A stretch of DNA of 64,000 nt from Hypanus sabinus. Taxonomy: Eukaryota. A model generated the notes under the pieces. The model ran no database searches and was not told where the DNA came from. It saw only the letters and a list, made by a program, of their open reading frames with translations. The translations under genes and the position numbers were made by a program. Position 1 is the stretch's first letter; each line of letters opens with the position of its first letter. The DNA is taken from contig NC_082710.1 in the NCBI RefSeq assembly GCF_030144855.1, positions 181,784,001-181,848,000 on the forward strand, written 5' to 3'. Below are positions 23,901 to 33,081 of this stretch, piece by piece.

Positions 23901-24523
23901 CTGGTGCAGGGAAGGAAGCAGAGCTCTGGCCGAGGAAGACTTTACCCTAATCTCAGAGATCTTCTGTTTCTGCTGATGCTCCATTTCCAGAACCAATGAC
24001 TTCTTCTCTGTGGCAGAGTCCAGGGCAGATTTCACCAAAGCCTTTTGGAAAAACGAAAACAAAATTAGAGCGTGTAAAGCACGATCAAACAGTAAGAATT
24101 GCAACACGTTACCTTATATATTTCAACCGCTTCGTTAACGGGCATGAAATGGTGCTCCCGGTGTTCCCGCGCATCTCGACAAGAGTAACAGCTCAGCTTC
24201 TCGTCGGTTTGGCAAAACAGCTTCAGTTCTTCCCAGTGTTCGTCGCAGAGAAAACTGTCCCCCTTTTCTTTTGTCTTCAGGTTCAATTTCCGAGCTTTCT
24301 CGGACAAGTTCGCCAAGGCCCGGCTGCCTCTGACGGTTCTTTCTGCAAACTCCTCGCCGCATTCGGGGCAGCTGATTTTCTCCTTCCTCTCCCAGGTCTG
24401 GGTGATGCAGGAGCGGCAGAAGTTGTGCCCGCACTCCAGTGACACCGGATCGGAGAAGAAGTCCAGGCAGATGGGACAAGTCAGATCTTCCGACAAGACC
24501 TCGTCCAGTTGTGTAGAAGCCAT
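17389..24523 (-). CDS. TRIM E3 ligase (RING-B-box2-coiled coil-PRY/SPRY, class C-IV), whole 6-exon model, 479 aa
   Basis: Exons 24523-24113 (411), 24041-23946 (96), 23865-23632 (234), 20459-20437 (23), 20341-20226 (116) and 17948-17389 (560) sum to 1440 nt in frame. All introns are GT-AG. The 96/234/23/116 exon sizes follow the typical TRIM pattern. Confidence 0.93.
18420..19150 (-). mobile_element. Rex1/Babar-type LINE, APE endonuclease fragment in TRIM intron 5
   Basis: ORF 18761-19147 contains GFSIHRTGQTAD...GGVACFII...PCYLSRKSSSVILAAVYI, resembling the Rex1/Babar RPFYLPREF..VIITAVYIPP motif. Confidence 0.6.
19255..19292 (-). ncRNA. Hammerhead motif relic, sense to the TRIM gene (intron 5)
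   Basis: CAATT CTGATGA A AGGTCTCAGCCC GAA ACAT C AACTG. Confidence 0.6.
20226..20341 (-). CDS. TRIM exon 5 (116 nt)
   Basis: tttacAG|T GGG AAT... GNDEHQKLSVKGGFLNVEKFKGPFLETVWKEILDAFNP G|GTaaag, phase 2 to 1. Confidence 0.9.
20437..20459 (-). CDS. TRIM exon 4 (23-nt microexon, EETWRNV)
   Basis: ctatttcAG|GAGGAGACTTGGCGTAATGTGAG|GTaggt, phase 0 to 2. Canonical size. Confidence 0.88.
21291..21525 (+). mobile_element. Second Tx1 fragment (older), in TRIM intron 3
   Basis: Similar to 3970-4215 (gccctcaccctgatg.ccagc...gtgtgtggctg.atcaggc...tacgtgggcaccaagta). Confidence 0.7.
22504..22928 (+). mobile_element. Tc1/mariner transposon 5' fragment (TIR and transposase N-terminus)
   Basis: TA followed by CACTCAGAGGCCACTTTATTAGGTACA. 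ORF 22665-22928 reads MIAGARRGGLSISETSNLRGFS...RGQRRMARLVQADRKVT (paired-like DNA-binding domain). Confidence 0.75.
22998..23035 (-). ncRNA. Best-preserved hammerhead motif, sense to the TRIM gene (intron 3)
   Basis: CAGTC CTGATGA T GGGTCTCATCCC GAA AAGT T GACTG. Stem I (5 bp), the core and the GGG/CCC stem II are intact. Confidence 0.7.
23632..23865 (-). CDS. TRIM exon 3 (coiled coil, 234 nt)
   Basis: cccgcAG|GAC...DQSEVLEKHIVSEFSEIHQFL...KDIMLFLK|GTgagg. Confidence 0.93.
23946..24041 (-). CDS. TRIM exon 2 (96 nt)
   Basis: ALVKSALDSATEKKSLVLEMEHQQKQKISEIR|GTaaag, 32 codons. The flanking introns are only 71 and 80 nt. Confidence 0.9.
24113..24523 (-). CDS. TRIM exon 1 (C3HC4 RING and B-box 2)
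   Basis: CPICLDFFSDPVSLECGHNFCRSC...CPEC and CDEHWEELKLFCQTDEKLSCYSCRDAREHREH. Ends AAG|GTaacg. Confidence 0.96.
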
Positions 24524-24856
24524 TGCGATTGGGTGGGGGGAAAGAAACAGTCTCCGAATGCTGATCGATTGCTGCGGTTTGCCGCTTGTCCGCTAAACGC
24601 TTTGTATTCCCGGGAGAAGGAGGGAGGGAGGGGGAGGGAGGGGGCGTGGGGTAAGAGAAAGAAACAAACTACCTCAGCTTGCGGAGCAGGGGGTGCACAA
24701 TTCTCTTTCCCATCGCAAAAGCTGTCCCCACTCTTGATTTCCTCCCGCAGATTGTTCCCGATTCCATTATCCACGATCTCCAGTGTCTTCACGAATTCAA
24801 GGCGGTCCGCCATTAGGCAATTTAACAGAGAATTTCACTCAGCCTCAAGACCCCCC

Positions 24857-25770
24857 CCCCCACCACCGATGCTTTTCACCATTATCCAAGCGCCCCAAGC
24901 GAAGATAATTTGTCGCTTTCGTTGAATCACAGGTTCACACTGGTTCACATCCGGAACGGAGGAGTAGAGAAAGTTCGGAATAATTCTCTGCGTATCGCCC
25001 ACATTTCGGCCGGGATTTGTATTTTATTTTCATCGTTGGACACGACATTGATCGCGTCCCCTCCCGCACCCACCCACCTTCCCCCCTCATCTGGCATCAC
25101 CTATCACCTTGTAGTCCTTCCCCACCCCAGCTTCGTATTCTGGCTTCTGCCCCCTTCCTTTCCAGTCCTGATGAAGGGTCTCGGCCTCCACTGTCTATTC
25201 CATTCCACAGATGCTGCCTGACCTGCTGAGTTCCTCCAGCATTCTCTGGATTTCCAGCATCTGCACAATCTCTTGTGTTTAATAGTCGCCCAGTGTTTAA
25301 AACTGATTCCAGTTCTGGTTAGCTACCTACAGGAAAAGAGCCAATATGATTCAAAGAGTAGCGTGAAAATTTACAAGCATGTTAACCAGGACTTGACGAC
25401 CTGAGTATTGAATAGGTTAGGACTTCATTTCCTCGAGCACAGGGAAACGAGGGGAGATTTGACAGAGGTGTACAAAATTATGAGGGATAGATGGTGTAAA
25501 TGAAAGTAGCCTTTTCCCACCGAGGTTGGGAGGGTCCAAACTCCCCCTCGGAAGGGGTCGCGATCAATGTCGTGTCCGACGATGAAAAAAAACAAATCCC
25601 GGCCGATATGTGGGCGATACCTTATTTAACCAAACGCAGAGAATTATTCCGAACTTTCTCTACTCCTCCGTTCCGGATTTGAACCAATGTGAACCTGTGA
25701 TTCAACGAAAGCGAAAAATTTTCTTCGCTTGGGGCGCTTGGATAATGGTGAAAAGCATCGGTGGTGGGGG
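24857..25770. repeat. Inverted repeat upstream of TRIM: arms 24857-25064 and 25551-25770, with a Penelope/CR1-derived spacer
   Basis: The arms align in reverse complement, e.g. ccggaacggaggagtagagaaagttcggaataattctctgcgt vs acgcagagaattattccgaactttctctactcctccgttccgg. Confidence 0.9.
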
Positions 25771-27882
25771 AGGAGGAGGTTGGGAAGGATCTAAAGGTCA
25801 TATGTTAAGGGTGAAGGGTGAAATGTTAAGGGGGGACCTGTGGGAGAACCTCTTCACTCATTGTGGGACGAAATGCCAGCGGAACTGGTGGATGCGGGTA
25901 CGATGGTAAAATTTAAGAGAAGTTTGGAAGGTACATGGATATAGGGCGGGTCGATGGGACTGGGTTGAGCAGGAACTGTTTCCGTGCTGCAGCGCTCGAC
26001 GACTGCGTGAATGGTGGCAGATACAGATGGTCCCGCCACAACCCTCCTGTTGCACGGGGAAGTCACGTTTGAGAAACTTATTCTCGTTACCCGGCAAACG
26101 CCGAGCTGCAGGTGTGAATGTGGGTGGAATTTCAGTGGACATCACAGTGTCCAAGACTACAGGAGGGGGAAAGCCCGAGATATGTTTGTTTAATCGTGAT
26201 CCCCTTGTGAAGTAAGTTGCCCCTTCCAGCGTCAGAATGCGGCCCTGCAGTACCGTTTCCCAACAGCAGGTGGGGACCTCGGCCTCTGCAGTCCCTGGTA
26301 TCTCAAGCGTGTGGACAGATTGACATCTCAAACATCACAAGGACAGGACATTTTAAACTGAAGCAGAAAATAAAGGCAGTGGACACTCAGTAGGGGAAGA
26401 AGAGAACAAAGTTACTATAAATGCAGATCAGATGTTCTGGAGATGATGGAAACCTTGAACACACAAAGTACTGGAGGAATTCTGGAGGTCAGGCAGTGTC
26501 TATGGACAGGATGAAACAGTCAGCATTTTGGGCTGAGACACTTCATCAGGCTGTTCAGTGAACGGCAAAGATTGTGAAGAATATCAGAGTCACAGCGCAA
26601 CGTCGCACAGACAGATTCTTCAGACCAACTCATCCATGCTGCCCACTGTGCCAATTAAGCTAAGCTTGTCCTGTTTACCCATATTTGACCCAATGCCCTC
26701 TAATAATTTCCTATCAATGTACTTATCCAAGTGTCCTCATTGCACTTGTCTCAGCCACTTCCTCGGGCAGCTCCTTCCACATACGGACTACGTTGGAGTG
26801 CCCCTCAGGACCTTAGTAAAATTTTCCCCTCACCTTAAACGTGTGCCCTCTGGTTCTTTATTTCTAAACCCTCCGCCCATCGTGATCAGCCCAGCTCCGC
26901 AGTAAGTGGCTCTGAGCCTGGCTGTGAAGGATTGGGCATGGGGCTAGCAACGCCAACCTGTAAAAATGCCAACAGAAGCTGCAAGTATGCCATTCCTGGG
27001 AGAGAATGGATCTTCAAAGATGGACTACACCTGGGGACAATTTGAAAGACTGGCCCAGGATCTTGGCAAGCTGCTATTGGCAGGGGTGACAGGCTTCAAA
27101 AGAATGAGATAACCCTTCATTCTCCTACATCCACTCCAGCACCAAAACAGGCCCTTCAGCCCATCTAGCCCATGCCTGATCTTCTGCTTAGTCCCGCCTA
27201 CTTGCACCACAATGATATCACTGCAGACCCCTCTCATCCTATGCAAACTTCTCTTAAACCCCCATCATCTTTAGCTTTTGGTTGTCTTCGCAAAGAAAAA
27301 GACTAGCAAATCCCTACAGATGTGCTGGTTGCATCACTGTTTGATACGGAGGCACCAATTCACAGAGAGCTGTAGACTCCGACCGCTCCACCCTCCCCGG
27401 CAACCCGAACATCAAAACTCGAGGCATCAGATCCATGGTTACAACTCCTTTGTTCTCCTTTACACTTGAGCACCGGAAACGACATTCAACAGTCTTGAAT
27501 CTTTAAAGAGTGATGCCTCAAAAAGGCAGCATCCATTACAAAGAACCCTCACCACCCAGGACACGCCCTCTTCTCATTACAACCATCAGGGAGGAGAGGT
27601 ACAGGAGCATGAAGACACACGCACAACATTTCCCCCCCCCCACCATAAATTTCTGAACCCATGAACACTACCTGGCCATATTCTGCACCACTTATTATTT
27701 TTAAAATAAATATTTATGATGATTTATAGTATATGTTATGTATCGCTCTGCACTGCTGCCTCAAAACTGCAGAGTTCATGACGTTTGTCAGTGATGATAA
27801 ACCTGATTCTGAAAAAGACCGGTTGAGCGAGCTGGGTCAGACTCCACTCATCTGTGATACTAGAGGTCATAGACTGAAATCA

Positions 27883-30225
27883 GTGAGTCCGGAGGCCAAG
27901 GCCCGAAGGTTGGACTCCTGGTCCGGTGAGTTCGGAGGCCAAGGCCCGAAGGTTGGACTCCTGGTCCGGTGAGTCCGGAGGCCAAGGCCCGAAGGTTGGA
28001 CTCCTGGTCCGGTGAGTTCGGAGGCCAAGGCCCGAAGGTTGGACTCCTGGTCCGGTGAGTCCGGAGGCCAAGGCCCGAAGGTTGGACTCCTGGTCCGGTG
28101 AGTTCGGAGGCCAAGGCCCGAAGGTTGGACTCCTGGTCCGGTGAGTCCGGAGGCCAAGGCCCGAAGGTTGGACTCCTGGTCCGGTGAGTCCGGAGGCCAA
28201 GGCCCGAAGGTTGGACTCCTGGTCCGGTGAGTTCGGAGGCCAAGGCCCGAAGGTTGGACTCCTGGTCCGGTGAGTCCGGAGGCCAAGGCCCGAAAGGCCC
28301 GAAGGTTGGACTCCTGGTCCGGTGAGTTCGGAGGCCAAGGCCCGAAGGTTGGACTCCTGGTCCGGTGAGTCCGGAGGCCAAGGCCCGAAGGTTGGACTCC
28401 TGGTCCGGTGAGTCCGGAGGCCAAGGCCCGAAGGTTGGACTCCTGGTCCGGTGAGTCCGGAGGCCAAGGCCCGAAGGTTGGACTCCTGGTCCGGTGAGTC
28501 CGGAGGCCAAGGCCCGAAGGTTGGACTCCTGGTCCGGTGAGTCCGGAGGCCAAGGCCCGAAGGTTGGACTCCTGGTCCGGTGAGTCCGGAGGCCAAGGCC
28601 CGAAGGTTGGACTCCTGGTCCGGTGAGTCCGGAGGCCAAGGCCCGAAGGTTGGACTCCTGGTCCGGTGAGTCCGGAGGCCAAGGCCCGAAGGTTGGACTC
28701 CTGGTCCGGTGAGTCCGGAGGCCAAGGCCCGAAGGTTGGACTCCTGGTCCGGTGAGTCCGGAGGCCAAGGCCCGAAGGTTGGACTCCTGGTCCGGTGAGT
28801 CCGGAGGCCAAGGCCCGAAGGTTGGACTCCTGGTCCGGTGAGTCCGGAGGCCAAGGCCCGAAGGTTGGACTCCTGGTCCGGTGAGTTCGGAGGCCAAGGC
28901 CCGAAGGTTGGACTCCTGGTCCGGTGAGTTCGGAGGCCAAGGCCCGAAGGTTGGACTCCTGGTCCGGTGAGTCCGGAGGCCAAGGCCCGAAGGTTGGACT
29001 CCTGGTCCGGTGAGTCCGGAGGCCAAGGCCCGAAGGTTGGACTCCTGGTCCGGTGAGTCCGGAGGCCAAGGCCCGAAAGGCCCGAAGGTTGGACTCCTGG
29101 TCCGGTGAGTTCGGAGGCCAAGGCCCGAAGGTTGGACTCCTGGTCCGGTGAGTCCGGAGGCCAAGGCCCGAAGGTTGGACTCCTGGTCCGGTGAGTCCGG
29201 AGGCCAAGGCCCGAAGGTTGGACTCCTGGTCCGGTGAGTCCGGAGGCCAAGGCCCGAAAGGCCCGAAGGTTGGACTCCTGGTCCGGTGAGTTCGGAGGCC
29301 AAGGCCCGAAGGTTGGACTCCTGGTCCGGTGAGTCCGGAGGCCAAGGCCCGAAGGTTGGACTCCTGGTCCGGTGAGTCTGGAGGCCAAGGCCCGAAGGTT
29401 GGACTCCTGGTCCGGTGAGTCCGGAGGCCAAGGCCCGAAGGTTGGACTCCTGGTCCGGTGAGTCCGGAGGCCAAGGCCCGAAGGTTGGACTCCTGGTCCG
29501 GTGAGTCCGGAGGCCAAGGCCCGAAGGTTGGACTCCTGGTCCGGTGAGTCCGGAGGCCAAGGCCCGAAGGTTGGACTCCTGGTCCGGTGAGTCCGGAGGC
29601 CAAGGCCCGAAGGTTGGACTCCTGGTCCGGTGAGTCCGGAGGCCAAGGCCCGAAGGTTGGACTCCTGGTCCGGTGAGTCCGGAGGCCAAGGCCCGAAGGT
29701 TGGACTCCTGGTCCGGTGAGTCCGGAGGCCAAGGCCCGAAGGTTGGACTCCTGGTCCGGTGAGTCCGGAGGCCAAGGCCCGAAGGTTGGACTCCTGGTCC
29801 GGTGAGTCCGGAGGCCAAGGCCCAAAGGTTGGACTCCTGGTCCGGTGAGTCCGGAGGCCAAGGCCCGAAAGGCCCGAAGGTTGGACTCCTGGTCCGGTGA
29901 GTCCGGAGGCCAAGGCCCGAAAGGCCCGAAGGTTGGACTCCTGGTCCGGTGAGTCCGGAGGCCAAGGCCCGAAAGGCCCGAAGGTTGGACTCCTGGTCCG
30001 GTGAGTCCGGAGGCCAAGGCCCGAAGGTTGGACTCCTGGTCCGGTGAGTCCGGAGGCCAAGGCCCGAAGGTTGGACTCCTGGTCCGGTGAGTCCGGAGGC
30101 CAAGGCCCGAAGGTTGGACTCCTGGTCCGGTGAGTCCGGAGGCCAAGGCCCGAAGGTTGGACTCCTGGTCCGGTGAGTCCGGAGGCCAAGGCCCGAAGGT
30201 TGGACTCCTGGTCCGGTGAGTTCGG
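27883..30225. repeat. 43-bp minisatellite, ~53 units (GAGTCCGGAGGCCAAGGCCCGAAGGTTGGACTCCTGGTCCGGT), with occasional 9-bp internal duplications
   Basis: Visible periodicity. The ORF translations repeat every 43 aa (3 units). About six units carry an extra GGCCCGAAA. Confidence 0.98.
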
Positions 30226-31469
30226 GGCTTAGGAGTGGAAGCAGAGCTCTGTCCTGGGGTTGGAGGCCTGAGAGGATGTGAAAGGTCTATTTCCCTGATG
30301 CACATGCAAAATGCCGGAGGAACTCAGTAAGTCAGACGGGATCTATAGGGAGGATTAAACAGTCAATGTTTGGGGTGAAGATTTGGACAGTTTATTGTGG
30401 AACAGGACTTGTTTTGCTGCTTGTTGTGTTCTGTTCGGCTGGGCATTGTGGACATGCTATACTGGCGCTGGAACATGAGACGACGCATGCGGACATCAGG
30501 CCTACACATGCAAGCCCCACCCAACTAATAGGATCCACCTGCCACTCATTCCAGACTCCTCACCTGCAGCCTATTTAACCCCACTTCTCATCCACAGTCC
30601 TTGTTCACCCATTGAACCAGTGGCTTCAAACAGTTGCTCTTAGCTTTCCAGTCTCCCCACCCGAGGTTTACCTCAATGCCTGTTGTGCATGGTTTCAGTT
30701 CTCTCTTGCCCTCATGGCCTGTTATTGATCATTCACTGCTGAATCGTCTCCGCCGCTCTGCTTTTGGGTCAAGCCTCCACATTTCCTGACAGTGGGCTGA
30801 GGAACAGCTCTTGGAGAGCAAATATGCGATTTCAATCCACACTCACGTTCAAAGTACATTTATTATCAAAGTACGTACAACGTAGGGATTCATCTTCTTG
30901 CAGGCAGCCGTAAAACAAAGGAACACATTCAAATCCACGAGGAACCCCAAACAAAGACACAAACGAGCAAAACGGAAAGAAAGAACAAATTGTGCAAACA
31001 TTAAAAGTAAACAACGCAGGGAATGTGAACTGTAGAGTCCCCAATGGCTGCAGCTACAGTCGGTCCAGTGCTGAGGTGCGTAAAGCCCAATGGAGCAGTG
31101 AGCAGATCACTGGTTTGTCCTCTGCCCTCAGCCTCGACGTTTTAATATGGCTCGATGCTTAAATCAGCTAAACTTTGGTTTGCTTTTCCGCTCTCACATC
31201 TGGGTTCTGCCACGTACATCCAGCCCCGAGTCCACTCCAGCAACGGCTGCCCCGGCCATACCTGCCGTTCTTGAGGGTCCAGTTCGGCAAATCATTCAGG
31301 ATACCGCAAAGACGACAGGTCGCGTAGATGGGTCAAAAGCACAACTCCCAAAGGCAAATTACAGGCTGCAGATTGCAGTGATCGCAGTCCAGAAAAAAAT
31401 ACATTTAATAGAATGATTATTAGTTCTGTTTGCTGTCTGCAAAACATCACTGTGTCTCACCAGTGCCAT

Positions 31470-32285
31470 ATGCAAAGACATTCATTGGTTTGCCAGCAAT
31501 ACCACACATCCCAATACATGGAAGCTTCAGAGAGGCTGCAGAGGAGATTTACCAGGATGCTGCCTGGATTAGAGAGGGTGCAGAGGAGATTCACCAGGAT
31601 GCTGCCTGGATTAGAGAGGGTGCAGTGGAGATTCACTAGGATGCTGCCTGGATTAGAGACGGTGCAGAGGAGATTTACCAGGATGCTGCCTGGATTAGAG
31701 AGGGTGCAGAGGAGATTCACCAGGATGCTGCCTGGATTACAGAGGGTGCAGAGGAGATTTACCAGGCTGCTGTCTGGATTAGAGAGGGTGCAGAGGAGAC
31801 TCACCAGGATGCTGTCTGGATTAGAGAGGGTGCAGAGGAGATTCACCAGGATGCTGCCTGGATTAGAGAGGGTGCAGAGGAGATTCACCAGGATGCTGCC
31901 TGGATGTGAGCACATGTCTTTTGATCGTACAGTAGGTGAGTGAATTACAGCTTTTTTCTTTGGAGCAAAGGGTGACCAGCCTGAGGTGTAGATGATAAGA
32001 GGCATAAATCGAGTGGACAGTCAGAACCGATTGCAGGAATTTATAGGGGTAACGTCAGAATATCAGAGATAGTTCTCTATAACACAGAAAGTGGTGGGTG
32101 TGTGGCACACCCACCCAGGGGTGGTAGAAGAGGCAGTTACATTAATGGCATTTAAGAGACTCTAGATAGGCACACAGATGAAAGAAAAATGTAGGAGGAA
32201 AGGGTTAGATTGATTTTAGTAGATTAAGAGGTCAGCACAGCATCATGGGCTGAATGGCCTGTACTGGGCTGGAGTATTGCATATT
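31470..32285 (+). mobile_element. CR1 3' fragment containing a 42-bp tandem array (31530-31905, ~9 units)
   Basis: The unit translates to LERVQRRFTRMLPG, the CR1 ORF2 C-terminal motif. Flanking DNA continues as CR1 3' sequence. Confidence 0.85.
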
Positions 32286-32482
32286 CTAACAAGGAATAAG
32301 AAAACTATGTCTGCTATGCAATAATATCATCCATGTGTTCTTCTGGATCATTTTTGATTTAAAAAATTGTAAAAATCTATTCTGCAACCCAGAGTGTTGT
32401 CACCAAATGGATTATTGTCTTACTGCAGCTCTGCTGATAGTTTACAGAGTACTTGAGATGAGATGCAACTCTTCCAGTGCTA

Positions 32483-33081
32483 TCAGTAGGGTTTTCCACT
32501 CCACAGCCTCCGAAACCTGTTCCTGAAGGTGCCCCGGGAATGTGGCTCTTTATGCAAATCCAGCACGGAACCAGAGGACACCTTCACCCATTTGTCAACG
32601 TGGCTGGTCCTGATGAAAGGATAAAGTTTCCCCTCGAATTTGTCTACAGTGAAGGTGTAGATACAGGTCTTTGTAGGCAAGCTGTGAAAGGAAATTATCC
32701 CGGACTCGTAGCTGAGATAAATACCCAGCTTCTCGGGGACAGGCTGGGTGCTGAGGGTGATGGGAATAGAGTCGTTTGCGTGAAGCTCGTCTCCCACACG
32801 CCCAATGGTCCAGAATCCATTCTCCGGTTTCAGTTCAGCCATCCCGTTCCTCTCGGCAGTCTCTGTGGCAACACCCAGACTCCAGTTCCGATTCATCGCC
32901 ACCTCCACCACCCAGTAATATCGCCCTGATCTGAATTCGTCCAGCCCCAGCACGGATTCCAGTTCCGTGAAGCGTTTCCCGGTGTCGGGGCAATTCTGCT
33001 CAACCTCGGTCAGTCTCACCCTGTCCTGGTTTCTCAGCTCAAGTTTAGGATTTGCAGTTTCGCCTTCTAGGGTCACAGAAA
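32483..33081 (-). CDS. Butyrophilin-like terminal exon: B30.2 (PRY/SPRY) domain plus basic tail
   Basis: SVTLEGETANPKLEL...GRYYWVVEV...PENGFWTIGRVGD...KLYPFI...HSRGTFRNRFRRLWSGKPY*. Acceptor ctcctgtAG. Confidence 0.92.

Noticed and set aside
24606-24616. STAT/GAS site TTCCCGGGA upstream of TRIM
   Set aside because: It does not match TTCNNNGAA exactly and is too short to claim.
27860-30305. Three 747-812 aa ORFs
   Set aside because: These are stop-free translations of the 43-bp array. All three frames give the same periodic peptide, with no domain or splice context.
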